A stretch of 33,893 bases of DNA from a virus (taxonomy: Duplodnaviria; Caudoviricetes), in IMG/VR virus record IMGVR_UViG_3300008255_000299, positions 1 through 33,893 of that record; one strand, given 5' to 3'. The notes beneath the pieces are model-generated. The model was not told the DNA's origin. It searched no databases and saw only the letters and a program-made list of their open reading frames with translations. The translations under genes and the position numbers were made by a program. This document shows, one piece after another, positions 1 through 8,537 of the stretch; the stretch's first letter is position 1; every line of letters begins with the position of its first letter.

Positions 1-2
1 TG

Positions 3-266
3 CACAGGGCTCACCTGGGCACCCACGTAGTCGGAGACGGCCAAATCGTGACGTGGACGAGCACCTACTGGGCGATGTCGACGCGAGATACTCAGGGCGT
101 CCGCTGGCTACAATACGGGTGCGAGACTCTTCGGCTGGCAGAGTGGCGCCAGTGCGCAAGAAATCTGGCCGAGAAGCACGAGCCGAAGCGAGCCAAGCAC
201 TACGAAGCGGAGACCCTCGCGCTGGTGGCGTTGTGTGAGGCTCTGGATGAGGAGGCACAACAATGA
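3..266 (+). CDS. 5'-truncated protein, paralogue of the pentapeptide-repeat protein at 1875-2543 (C-terminal domain)
   Basis: Frame is open to the left edge (HRAHLGTHVVGDGQIVTWTS...). RDTQGVRWLQYGCE...HEP...YEAETLALV aligns without gaps to the C-terminus of 1875-2543 (33/55 identical by hand). Confidence 0.85.
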   Translation, partial: HRAHLGTHVVGDGQIVTWTSTYWAMSTRDTQGVRWLQYGCETLRLAEWRQCARNLAEKHEPKRAKHYEAETLALVALCEALDEEAQQ

Positions 267-314
267 ACACCAACGACCTGCGAAACACCCCAACCGATTC
301 GAGAGACTAGAACG

Positions 315-1436
315 ATGGCCGAACTCATGAACGCTTCCGATCAGCTTGTCACCCGCCCCGCCGACGAGCACTTCGCTTCCTTCCGCGATATGCAAAAGGC
401 CGCCCGCACTGACCAAGCCAACCACCGCGAGGTCGAGCTGCCGCTGACCGATCTGCGCTTCACTTCGTTGGACGGCACGCTGCGCGTGATGCGCAAGGAA
501 GGCGGTCACACCTACGGGCTGACGCACTACTCGTTCGGTCAGATCTGCCAAGCGGTTGGCAGCCGGCGCGAGTTCTTAGGCAGCCGCCTCAGCCTGCCGG
601 TCGCAGTCACTGCGCTCAACGATGCCGTGCAGCACGTTGATGACGGTGCGGCCAAGTTGCTGCTGGGCACCGTGACCAATTCCCGCTTGGAGACCGCGGA
701 GCCCGTGCTGCGCGCGATCACCAGCCCCGGTTACTGCCGCGTGTGGGACGCCGACCTGCTGAACGAAGTCAACGAGTGGCTGCTGCCGAACGGCTTCACC
801 CCCGCGTTGCCGACGATCAACACCGACGCCCAGCGCAACAACATCCTCGGCAACAACAAGCCGTGCTTGTTCCGCGGCGACCGTGGCACCTTCTCGTTCT
901 ACATGACCCCTGAGAAGGATAACCAGGACGGCCACGGTGACCGCCCTGTGCGCCGCGGTGTCATCGTTGGCAACAGCGAAGTGGGCCAGCGCAGCCTTTG
1001 GACCAAGCGTTTTGTGCTCGATGAGATGTGCGCCAATTTCATCATCTGGGGCGCCAAGGTCGTGAAGACTCAGCGCATCATCCACCGCGGCAGCAGCGAC
1101 CGCAACTTGCTGCGCCGCTTCCGCACTGAGCTGCGTCAGTGCACGCCCGGATTGGCGAAGCAGGAGATCGAGATCCTACGCAAGGCCAACAAGACCTTCT
1201 TCGCCCCCTCGACGAAGGAAGCAGCTGCCCGCCTGGCGAAGCAGTTCGGCCTCACCGAGGCCTTCGCTCAGCAAGCGCTCGCCGCAGCCACCGACGCCGA
1301 GAACCGCGGCACCAAGGCACTCACCCACGCTTGGATCGCGAACGGCGTGACCTCGGCCGCCAAGGCAACCGGCAACGCGGACACACTCGCGGCGATGGCT
1401 GAAGTTGGCGGTGACATCTTTGCTGCGGCCGTTTAG
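315..1436 (+). CDS. DUF932/DUF945-like phage/plasmid protein
   Basis: 373 aa. Motifs LTHYSFGQIC, LRAITSPGY and VGNSEVGQRSL..(x)..CANFIIWG followed by IIH are typical of this family. Confidence 0.7.
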   Translation: MAELMNASDQLVTRPADEHFASFRDMQKAARTDQANHREVELPLTDLRFTSLDGTLRVMRKEGGHTYGLTHYSFGQICQAVGSRREFLGSRLSLPVAVTALNDAVQHVDDGAAKLLLGTVTNSRLETAEPVLRAITSPGYCRVWDADLLNEVNEWLLPNGFTPALPTINTDAQRNNILGNNKPCLFRGDRGTFSFYMTPEKDNQDGHGDRPVRRGVIVGNSEVGQRSLWTKRFVLDEMCANFIIWGAKVVKTQRIIHRGSSDRNLLRRFRTELRQCTPGLAKQEIEILRKANKTFFAPSTKEAAARLAKQFGLTEAFAQQALAAATDAENRGTKALTHAWIANGVTSAAKATGNADTLAAMAEVGGDIFAAAV

Positions 1437-1465
1437 GTCGCAGATGCTTGAACGGAGAACGAACG

Positions 1466-1882
1466 ATGCCAAGGACACCAACCCTAAAACTGTTGAAGGT
1501 CTACCAGACCAAGGCCGGCACCGTGCCGGCGACGAGCGTCATGGTGCTGCAGGGGCTTCCCAAGCGGCGCCGAGGCTGCGACTGGCAACTCTGCACCGCG
1601 GTAACCCTCGCCGAGTGGACGCAGCAATCGGGCTGCAAGACCCTCGAGGACTGGATCGACGCCATTCGAGCGGCAAGCGACAAGGTGATGTTCGCCAAGC
1701 GCCGCCAGTATACGAATCCTCGGCATTCCGAGCGCTTGCCCAAGTTGCGCGCGGAGCTGCACGAGCTGCGCACCCGTTTGGATTCGTGGGTAGCTTCGCT
1801 TGGGATCAAGGCGAGCGACGGCGTGGCTTTCGTGCGAGGCGATGCCGAGCGCGTCCGATTCGTGGGGCCCTCCAATGGTTAG
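1466..1882 (+). CDS. hypothetical protein
   Basis: ATG at 1466 preceded by GGAG. Fills the gap between flanking genes; its stop overlaps the start of the next gene. Confidence 0.65.
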   Translation: MPRTPTLKLLKVYQTKAGTVPATSVMVLQGLPKRRRGCDWQLCTAVTLAEWTQQSGCKTLEDWIDAIRAASDKVMFAKRRQYTNPRHSERLPKLRAELHELRTRLDSWVASLGIKASDGVAFVRGDAERVRFVGPSNG

Positions 1883-2543
1883 CCAATCAGACCTCGCCGA
1901 GATCCTGCGCTTGCATGAGCTATGGCTGACGGGCAAGGGTGGCACCAGGGCCTGCCTGGTCGGCGCCGACCTGAGCGGGCTCAACTTGAACCGCGCCAAC
2001 CTGAGATACGCCAACCTGAGCAGATCCAGCATGCTCAGGTCCGACCTGAGCCGCGCCGACTTGAGATGCGCCGACTTGAGCCACGCCGACTTGGCCTACG
2101 CCGACCTGAGCCGCGCCAAGTTGGAGGGCGCCGACTTGGCCTACGCCGACCTGAGCCGCGCCAAGTTGGAGGGCGCCGACTTGGCATCCGCCAACCTGAG
2201 AAGCTCCAACCTGTTAAACACCAACCTGGGAAGCACCGACTTGAGAGACACCGACTTGAGAGGCGCCAACTTGGGCCGAGCTTCTCTGCTCGGCGCCTCA
2301 ATGGGCGGCTTCAACGTAGGACCCGGGCGAGTCGCGAGCTGGACCTCACCCAAATACTTCGCCTTCACCGCCAGGGACTACGACGGAGTCAGGTGGCTCT
2401 GCTACGGGTGCGAGGCGCTCACCTTGACCGATTGGGGCGTGCACGCGTCCTCTCTGGCCGCGGAGCACGAGCCTGCTGAAGCCGCGCGCTACGAAGCTGA
2501 GACCCGCGCGCTCGTCGAGTTGTGCCGAACCCTGGACCTCTAG
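1875..2543 (+). CDS. Pentapeptide-repeat protein with a C-terminal YGCE domain
   Basis: Start MVSQSDLAEILRLHELWL..G.RA.L is the typical phage pentapeptide N-cap, followed by >20 A(D/N)Lxx repeats. Confidence 0.93.
   Translation: MVSQSDLAEILRLHELWLTGKGGTRACLVGADLSGLNLNRANLRYANLSRSSMLRSDLSRADLRCADLSHADLAYADLSRAKLEGADLAYADLSRAKLEGADLASANLRSSNLLNTNLGSTDLRDTDLRGANLGRASLLGASMGGFNVGPGRVASWTSPKYFAFTARDYDGVRWLCYGCEALTLTDWGVHASSLAAEHEPAEAARYEAETRALVELCRTLDL
2085..2185 (+). repeat. Perfect 45-bp tandem repeat (2.2 copies) inside the pentapeptide gene
   Basis: GCCGACTTGGCCTACGCCGACCTGAGCCGCGCCAAGTTGGAGGGC at 2085-2129 and 2130-2174, plus 11 nt at 2175-2185. Encodes ADLAYADLSRAKLEG. Confidence 0.95.
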
Positions 2544-2716
2544 TGAATTACCTCCCTACCTTCACCTGCTTGGCGTTGGCGGTGCTTGCCGCCTTCGCTT
2601 CTCACTTCGCTGACCGCAAGCGCAAGCCTGTGTTGAGCGCCACCCTGACCGCTCTCGCGGTTGGCGCGATTGCGGTTGCTTTCCTTCGAATCCCTGACCC
2701 CCTGTTCGACCGATGA
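2543..2716 (+). CDS. Small two-TM membrane protein
   Basis: GTG overlaps the upstream TAG. 57 aa with two hydrophobic stretches separated by DRKRK. Confidence 0.65.
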   Translation: MNYLPTFTCLALAVLAAFASHFADRKRKPVLSATLTALAVGAIAVAFLRIPDPLFDR

Positions 2717-2853
2717 GTTCTGGATCCTTAAGTAGCGCGTTCTTGATCGAAAGGGGTGAGCCTGACATCCCCAGCGACATCCTGAAGCAGCTGCAAGGCC
2801 GGTCTAACTACACCGCGATTCGGGGGCCCCGTGAACCGCTGCCGGACGTGTAA
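2713..2853 (+). CDS. Small hypothetical protein (46 aa, not in the ORF track)
   Basis: ATGA overlap with the upstream stop. Reads MSSGSLSSAFLIERGEPDIPSDILKQLQGRSNYTAIRGPREPLPDV*. Confidence 0.5.
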   Translation: MSSGSLSSAFLIERGEPDIPSDILKQLQGRSNYTAIRGPREPLPDV

Positions 2854-3028
2854 GTTTTGGGGCGCGTCCGCGCTCCACGAGCACCCGGTGGGGCGGTGCC
2901 ACATCCGATCCACCCCGGGCCCCTTCCCTATTCGACATTCCGAAGACTGGTGCGAAGAGCACCGGCAATTGGCTTTTCCTCGAGACCCTGACCCGAAAGA
3001 GACTGATGAAGATCACCTGCACAATTGA
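2831..3028 (+). CDS. Small four-cysteine protein (CxxC...C...DWC)
   Basis: CRTCKFW...GRC...EDWCEEH; same pattern as 8794-8991. Confidence 0.65.
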   Translation: MNRCRTCKFWGASALHEHPVGRCHIRSTPGPFPIRHSEDWCEEHRQLAFPRDPDPKETDEDHLHN

Positions 3029-3377
3029 AACCACCACCGACGCCGAGCAACTCGAGCTCGCGCAGCTGCTCGCGCACCTCACCAAGCTGGAGCCCGCGCC
3101 GCTAACGGTGGGCGACACCGCGGCCACGCCTGGCCTGGCAGCTCCGAAGCCGCGTGCCTCCCGCACCAAGAAGGACAAGGACGCCGCGCCGGCTGCCGAT
3201 GCCAAGGCGGACGCAGGCCCGACCATTGACGACGTGCGCGTCGTCTTGCGCAAGCTGGTGGGCGAAGGCAAGGCCGAAGGCGCCCAAAAGGTGCTTCTAT
3301 CCTTCGGGGCTGAGAAGCTGCCCGACCTCAAGAAGGCCGACTACGCGAAAGTGGTTGCCGCGCTCGAGGAGGTCTGA
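3006..3377 (+). CDS. Conserved phage protein usually found upstream of DUF2800 nucleases
   Basis: Ala/Pro/Lys linker, then PTIDDVR..L...K.LL..FGA.KL.DL...DY helical domain. Sits directly before the DUF2800/DUF2815 pair. Confidence 0.75.
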   Translation: MKITCTIETTTDAEQLELAQLLAHLTKLEPAPLTVGDTAATPGLAAPKPRASRTKKDKDAAPAADAKADAGPTIDDVRVVLRKLVGEGKAEGAQKVLLSFGAEKLPDLKKADYAKVVAALEEV

Positions 3378-3380
3378 GCG

Positions 3381-4550
3381 GTGCATGACCACGCGAAACT
3401 ATCGCCGTCTTCCGCGCATCGTTGGATGGTCTGCCATGGCTCGGTTGAGTTGGTGGCGCGGGCGCCTGACCGTGACTCGTCGTACGCCCGCGAGGGCACC
3501 TTTGTGCACGAGATCGCGGCCAGGTGCCTGACTGAAAAGAAGGACGCCAACAGCTTCCTGAACGTCAAGTCACGCAACCCCAACAAGCCGGACCTAGACG
3601 GTGAGTTCACCTTCACCGAAGAGATGGCGGGCCACGTCAACAACTACGTGGAGTTCAGCGAGTCCCTCGTGTTGTTGTGGGGTGGCACTCCGAAGATCGA
3701 GACCCGGGTGACCGTCGCAGAGCACGTCTGGGGCACCGCCGACATGATCTTGCTCAGCGGCTGCGGCACCGTGCTGCACGTTGCGGACCTCAAGTATGGC
3801 GCCGGCAAGGTCGTTGAGGTGCAGGGCAACTACCAAGGCATCTGCTACGCAGTGGGCGCACTCCGCGGCCTCGAAAAAGAAGACCCCGTCGCTGCGGCGA
3901 AGGTCGAGCGTGTGCTGATCCACATCTACCAACCACGCGCCGGCCTGCAGCCTTGGCGCGAGTGGGAGGTGACCCGCGCCGGTATCGAATCCGCGGCTAC
4001 CAAGCTGATCGAGGCGCGCGACTTGATTATCGGGGGCAGCAAGAAGCTCGTGACCGGGGACCACTGCGGTTTCTGCGACGCAGCTGCTACTTGCCCCGCA
4101 CGTGGCCGTGAAGCCAACGCGGTAGCCACGGACGTGTTCAGCAACCGAGCACCGCCGGCGATCGAGACGCTGACTCAGGAGCAGCTCTTGCAGATTCTGG
4201 AACTCGCGCCCCGAGTGAAGGAGTGGCTGAACGCGGTGCACACGTTCGTAGAGCGCAAGCTCGAGCGTGGTGAACCAGTGCCCGGCTACAAGCTGGTGGA
4301 GTCGGTGGGTAACCGCCGGTGGACTGACGCAACGCAAGCGGCGGAGCTGCTTGCCATGGAAGGGATCGACCCGTACGGGAAGGCCCCTATCGTTTCGCCC
4401 GCTGAAGCCGAACGCCGGCTCGCAGCAGCGAAGGTGCGTGTGTCGCTCGCCTCGTTGGTGGAGCGGCCTGTGAGTGGGCACAAGATGGTGCCCGATTCCA
4501 ACGGGAAGCCCGCCGTGCCAGCCACCGCGGTGTTCCCAACATCTGACTGA
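3381..4550 (+). CDS. Cas4-like PD-(D/E)XK exonuclease (DUF2800 family)
   Basis: HAKLSPSSAHRWMVCHGS, AREGTFVHE, WGTAD...VADLKYGAG and HCGFCDAAATCP (putative Fe-S cysteines). Confidence 0.92.
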   Translation: MHDHAKLSPSSAHRWMVCHGSVELVARAPDRDSSYAREGTFVHEIAARCLTEKKDANSFLNVKSRNPNKPDLDGEFTFTEEMAGHVNNYVEFSESLVLLWGGTPKIETRVTVAEHVWGTADMILLSGCGTVLHVADLKYGAGKVVEVQGNYQGICYAVGALRGLEKEDPVAAAKVERVLIHIYQPRAGLQPWREWEVTRAGIESAATKLIEARDLIIGGSKKLVTGDHCGFCDAAATCPARGREANAVATDVFSNRAPPAIETLTQEQLLQILELAPRVKEWLNAVHTFVERKLERGEPVPGYKLVESVGNRRWTDATQAAELLAMEGIDPYGKAPIVSPAEAERRLAAAKVRVSLASLVERPVSGHKMVPDSNGKPAVPATAVFPTSD

Positions 4551-4561
4551 GGATTAGACCG

Positions 4562-5155
4562 ATGACGTATTTCACGACTGAAACCCCCGTTCGCATCATG
4601 TTCCCCAACCTCAAGAAGCCGCGCGCCCAGCGTGGCGGAGCTGAGAAGTATGGGGTGATGGTGCTCGTGCACAAAGACAGTAAGGAACTGCAGCAGCTCA
4701 AGGATGCCGTCGTCGACGTGATGATGGAAAAGTGGGGCAAGACGGTGAAGCTCACCGGCCGCTACAGCCCCATCAAGTCGTGCGCTGCGGCTGATGCCGT
4801 GCGGGCCGCCGAAGGCAAGGCCCCGATGTTCGGGAAGTTGGAGAACGCCGCCGACTACTACTTCTTTAACGCGCAGAGCCACGACCGCCCCGGCTTCGTC
4901 GATTCCAAGGTGCAACCCTTGGTCGACTTGTCGGTGTTCCAGTCCGGCTGCTACGTGCGGGTAAACGTCAACCCCTACGCATGGAAGGAGGAGGAGGGTA
5001 TCAGCATCGGCCTCAACCATGTGCAGTTTGTGAGCGAGGGCGACTCGCTCATGACTGGCAACACCGGTAACGCCGGAACCCCGCAAGCGGCCTTCGGCGG
5101 CCTGGGCGGGGCCGCGGCGGCTGTTGGCGCTGGCGAAGACGACATCTTCGGCTAG
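4562..5155 (+). CDS. ssDNA-binding protein (DUF2815 / T7 gp2.5-like)
   Basis: RIMFPNL..P, KYGV.VL..K, SGCYVRV, GISIGLNHVQF..EGD and an acidic C-terminal tail EDDIFG. Confidence 0.9.
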   Translation: MTYFTTETPVRIMFPNLKKPRAQRGGAEKYGVMVLVHKDSKELQQLKDAVVDVMMEKWGKTVKLTGRYSPIKSCAAADAVRAAEGKAPMFGKLENAADYYFFNAQSHDRPGFVDSKVQPLVDLSVFQSGCYVRVNVNPYAWKEEEGISIGLNHVQFVSEGDSLMTGNTGNAGTPQAAFGGLGGAAAAVGAGEDDIFG

Positions 5156-5162
5156 TACACCT

Positions 5163-5263
5163 GGGGCGTTCGCGCAGGGTGCAACCGGCCCCGTAGGCCA
5201 AAATCCCACGCCCTGCAGCCGGCTAACCCCGGCGCACTCACCATGCCGGGCGCCCCTTCTTTT
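5163..5263 (+). other. Structured intergenic element followed by a U-rich tract (possible terminator/attenuator or ncRNA)
   Basis: Nested stems 5163-68/5251-56, 5174-81/5209-16, 5187-90/5196-99 and 5228-33/5245-50, then TTCTTTT. Confidence 0.5.
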
Positions 5264-5281
5264 ACTCAGGACACTCAGACC

Positions 5282-6445
5282 ATGGACACCATCACACCCA
5301 ACACCGAGCAGCAAGCCGCGCTCGATAAGATCCACGCCTGGCTCGACGACGAGTTCATGCAACGCCGCGAGTTCGTGCTAGCCGGCCTCGCCGGCACCGG
5401 CAAGACCTCGCTTATGCGCCTCGTGGAGGGCGTGGCCGGCGACCGGCACGTGCACTTCCTCGCCCCTACCAACAAGGCCGCCAGCGTGCTGCGCTCGAAG
5501 GGCATCCCGGCGAGCACCATCCACTCCACATTCTACCAGGTGGTGGGGACTGACGAAGACAGGGGCCCTGTCTTCGAGTTCTCCGGCGCCTGGGCTTCGC
5601 GCCGGCACCTGTTTGTCATCGACGAGGCTTCGATGATCGACACCCATATGCTAGACGATCTGCGAAGCACCGAGGGGATGTTCCTCTACGTGGGCGACCA
5701 CGGCCAGCTCCCCCCGGTGGGCGACGATCCGGGCTTGTTGCGCAATGCGGACGTGAAGTTAGAGCACATCCACCGGCAAGCCGAAGGCAACGAGATCCTC
5801 GCCTTTGCGCACCACCTCCGCCAAGGCGGTGACCCGTTCGAGTTTCGGCCAACCGGCGCTACCCGAGATGTGATGCTCCCGGCCGCCGCCAAAAAGTTGA
5901 AGGCCCGCCCGAACGTCTGCATGTGGCTGTGCTGGCGGAACTACACCCGAGTGCAAATCAACATGTGGCTGCTACACGAAGCGGCTGACCGAGACGTAGG
6001 GTTCGGGATGCGGCGCCCGGCAGTCGTGCCGGTTCAGATCCGAGGCAACTACCCCGAGCACCAGCTCTACAACGGTGAGGTCTACAACGCCGAAGGCATC
6101 GATTGGGACCGCCGCACGGGGCACCCTGATTCGGGGCACCTGCAGATGGCCCACGGGGAAATGCTTCACGTGCGCTTCCACCCGAGCAACTGGCACCAGG
6201 AAAAGCGTTCCCGCTTTGGCACCAAGTTCGAGCACGGGGTGCTCGCCGACTACGGGTTCGCGATCACGGTGCACACTTCGCAGGGCAGTGAGTGGGAGCG
6301 CATCGTGGTAGTCGACGAGGCCCCAGAGTCAGACGCAGCTCGGTGGCGCTACACCGCGGCAACCCGAGCCCGCCAACAAGTGATCTGGCTGCCGTTCAAC
6401 GCGTTGCCCATCAAGGCACCGCCCATCTACTCCGGGGTATTCTGA
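5282..6445 (+). CDS. SF1B helicase (Dda/RecD2-like)
   Basis: GLAGTGKTS (Walker A), LAPTNKAA, STIHS, IDEASM (Walker B), VGDHGQLPPV, AITVHTSQGSEW, YTAATRA. ATG at 5282 follows AGGA. Confidence 0.93.
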   Translation: MDTITPNTEQQAALDKIHAWLDDEFMQRREFVLAGLAGTGKTSLMRLVEGVAGDRHVHFLAPTNKAASVLRSKGIPASTIHSTFYQVVGTDEDRGPVFEFSGAWASRRHLFVIDEASMIDTHMLDDLRSTEGMFLYVGDHGQLPPVGDDPGLLRNADVKLEHIHRQAEGNEILAFAHHLRQGGDPFEFRPTGATRDVMLPAAAKKLKARPNVCMWLCWRNYTRVQINMWLLHEAADRDVGFGMRRPAVVPVQIRGNYPEHQLYNGEVYNAEGIDWDRRTGHPDSGHLQMAHGEMLHVRFHPSNWHQEKRSRFGTKFEHGVLADYGFAITVHTSQGSEWERIVVVDEAPESDAARWRYTAATRARQQVIWLPFNALPIKAPPIYSGVF

Positions 6446-6510
6446 TGGATTCCTCGGAAGTTGAATCGCTACGGGTGCAGTTGTTGGACGCGAAGCAGGC
6501 CCCTCGGTGA
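6445..6510 (+). CDS. 21-aa mini-ORF coupling helicase to polymerase
   Basis: TGATG overlap with the helicase stop and GTGA overlap with the polymerase start. Reads MDSSEVESLRVQLLDAKQAPR*. Confidence 0.45.
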   Translation: MDSSEVESLRVQLLDAKQAPR

Positions 6511-8537
6511 CTACCAAGCCCGCGGAGATTCTATGCATCGACGTGGAGTCTGCGAGCCACGCGGACATCAGCGTGGGCAACGCGGCCTACGCGCAGCACC
6601 CCACCACGCGGGCACTGTGCTGCGGGTTCACGCTGCAGCTCGTAGTCGCCGGCGAACTCTGCTTGCGCGAGTGGCTTTGGACCCCGGGGCAGTCGATCCC
6701 GCTAGAAGTGCAGGAGTGGACCGCCGCCCGGCGACCGGTGCTAGCTCACAACGTCGCGATGGAGATCGAGATGGTGAAGGCCGGCCACATTCCGATCGAG
6801 CTGCCGTCGATGGAACTGTGGCACGACTCCATGGCCATGGCTGCAGCAAGCAACCTGCCTCAAGGCCTCGACGGGTTGGCGGCTGCGCTAGGCGCCGGCG
6901 TCAAGAAGGACAAGGAGGGTCACGCCTTGATGAAGCGGCTTTGCGTGCTTCACGAGGACGGTCGGCATAAGAACCCCCCGAAGCCGGGGGAGATCGAGCG
7001 GTTGGGGGCCTACTGCCTCACCGACAACCGGGCGGAGCTAGCCTGCTACAACGGTCTGCCGGCGATGACCGCGGCCGAGCGGGAGACGTGGGTGGTAGAC
7101 GCCCGCATGAACGAGCGGGGGGTGCACCTCGACTTGAGCTTTATCGGGCAACTCGCCAAGGCCGCCGACTACCAGAAGCGCAGGATGCTCGCCGACTCTT
7201 GGGCCTTGCCGAAGAGCGCCGACCTCGACCCCCTAAGCTACACCCCCGACACTGTCGCCAAGCCATACTTGAAGTCGCGCGGGGTCAATCTGCCCCAGCG
7301 CAAACGTGCGGGGGGCAAGCTGTCCGAGTCCCTCGATGCTGCGGCCTGCGAGGAGTTGTTGGAGCGGGTCGCCGAGCTACCCGCGGACGTGGTCGAAGTG
7401 CTCAAGCGAAAGATGGAGTGGGGCAAGCTCACCTCCCTCAGCAAGCTGAAGAGCGCTACCGCTATGCTCTCGCTCGATCACCGCATTCGGTGGCAGCTCC
7501 GCTTTTGCGGCGCGAGCCAGACCGGCCGGTGGTCCGCGAAAGGACTGCAGTTGCACAACGCGCCAAAGGACCGGCGCAGCGCCGCGCACACCGCTCTCGT
7601 GCGGGAGCTGGTGCGATCCGAAAGCTACAAGCTGCTGCGCTACTGCGAGCCCAATGTGCTCCGAGCGTTGTCGCAGTGCTTGCGCTCGATGGTGATGGCG
7701 GGGCCGGGCGAAGACCTGATCGGCGCCGACTACGCAGCGATTGAAGCTCGGGTGCTCCCTTGGCTGGCCTACGACGACCGCAAGTTGCAGGTGTTCCGCG
7801 ATGGGGTGGACATCTACGTGCAATCTGCTCGCGCCGTGGGGAGCACGGTGCGCAACTTGGGTAAAGTGCAGGAACTCGCGCTGCAGTTTGGAATGGGGCC
7901 CATCAAGTTCCGCGACACTGCAGCCAGCTACGGGGTTGACTTGGAGCTACTAGAAGCTCGGCGGATCACGCGACTATGGAGGGACCGCAACCCGTGCACC
8001 GTAGACTTCTGGCGCCACATCGAAGAAGAGTCCCGCGTGTTGGTCGCCGGCAAGCCGGGGCGGTCCACTCGGGTGGGCCGGTGCATCCTGCGCCGCACCG
8101 CGGACCGGTTGGCTATCGAGCTACCCTCGGGCCGCATGCTCAGCTACTGGCACCCGCGGGTAGTTCCGATGGTGAAGAAGTTCCCCTTCGTCAACGACTC
8201 CGGCAAAGTGGAGAACGGCGAGATGGAGGTGGATGCTATTCAGTTCTGGGGGCCCCGCGGCAAAGGCATGACCCTGAAGGACACTTACGGGGGGAAACTC
8301 TCGGAGAATGTGACGCAAGCCGCGGCCCGTGATCTTCTTGCTCACGCCCTCGTTGTAGTAGATCACCACCCGGTCTACACTCCCGCGTTACACCTCCACG
8401 ATGCGGCTTGTGCCCGGGTTCGCTCCGGCACTGGTTCGCCTGAAGAGTTTTGCCAGTTGTTGACTGACCTCCCCGCGTGGGCCGAAGGGCTGCCCGTGGA
8501 TGCGGAGGGTTACCGCAGCCCTGTGTTTCTTGGATGA
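6507..8537 (+). CDS. polA: Phage family A DNA polymerase with 3'-5' exonuclease domain
   Basis: Exo motifs DVES, AHNVAME and YCLTD; TGRWS..LQLHN; motif A DYAAIEARVL; motif B RNLGKVQELALQFG; ENVTQAAARD; motif C HLHDA. Confidence 0.96.
   Translation: MTTKPAEILCIDVESASHADISVGNAAYAQHPTTRALCCGFTLQLVVAGELCLREWLWTPGQSIPLEVQEWTAARRPVLAHNVAMEIEMVKAGHIPIELPSMELWHDSMAMAAASNLPQGLDGLAAALGAGVKKDKEGHALMKRLCVLHEDGRHKNPPKPGEIERLGAYCLTDNRAELACYNGLPAMTAAERETWVVDARMNERGVHLDLSFIGQLAKAADYQKRRMLADSWALPKSADLDPLSYTPDTVAKPYLKSRGVNLPQRKRAGGKLSESLDAAACEELLERVAELPADVVEVLKRKMEWGKLTSLSKLKSATAMLSLDHRIRWQLRFCGASQTGRWSAKGLQLHNAPKDRRSAAHTALVRELVRSESYKLLRYCEPNVLRALSQCLRSMVMAGPGEDLIGADYAAIEARVLPWLAYDDRKLQVFRDGVDIYVQSARAVGSTVRNLGKVQELALQFGMGPIKFRDTAASYGVDLELLEARRITRLWRDRNPCTVDFWRHIEEESRVLVAGKPGRSTRVGRCILRRTADRLAIELPSGRMLSYWHPRVVPMVKKFPFVNDSGKVENGEMEVDAIQFWGPRGKGMTLKDTYGGKLSENVTQAAARDLLAHALVVVDHHPVYTPALHLHDAACARVRSGTGSPEEFCQLLTDLPAWAEGLPVDAEGYRSPVFLG

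Noticed and set aside
48-2543. Diversity-generating retroelement (TR/VR pair), suggested by the BPP-1-like head genes and the two similar regions
   Set aside because: Differences are spread over all bases and include many synonymous ones, so they are not adenine-specific. No reverse transcriptase (YxDD) or Avd gene is visible.
3381-4550. CRISPR-Cas system from the Cas4-like gene
   Set aside because: No repeat-spacer array or other cas genes. The DUF2800-DUF2815-PolA context is a standard phage replication module.
5163-5256. tRNA or HDV/theta ribozyme
   Set aside because: No TTCRA T-loop, anticodon arm or CCA. A 7-bp G-U-closed P1 and a CTAA exist, but P3/L3 and P1.1 cannot be formed.
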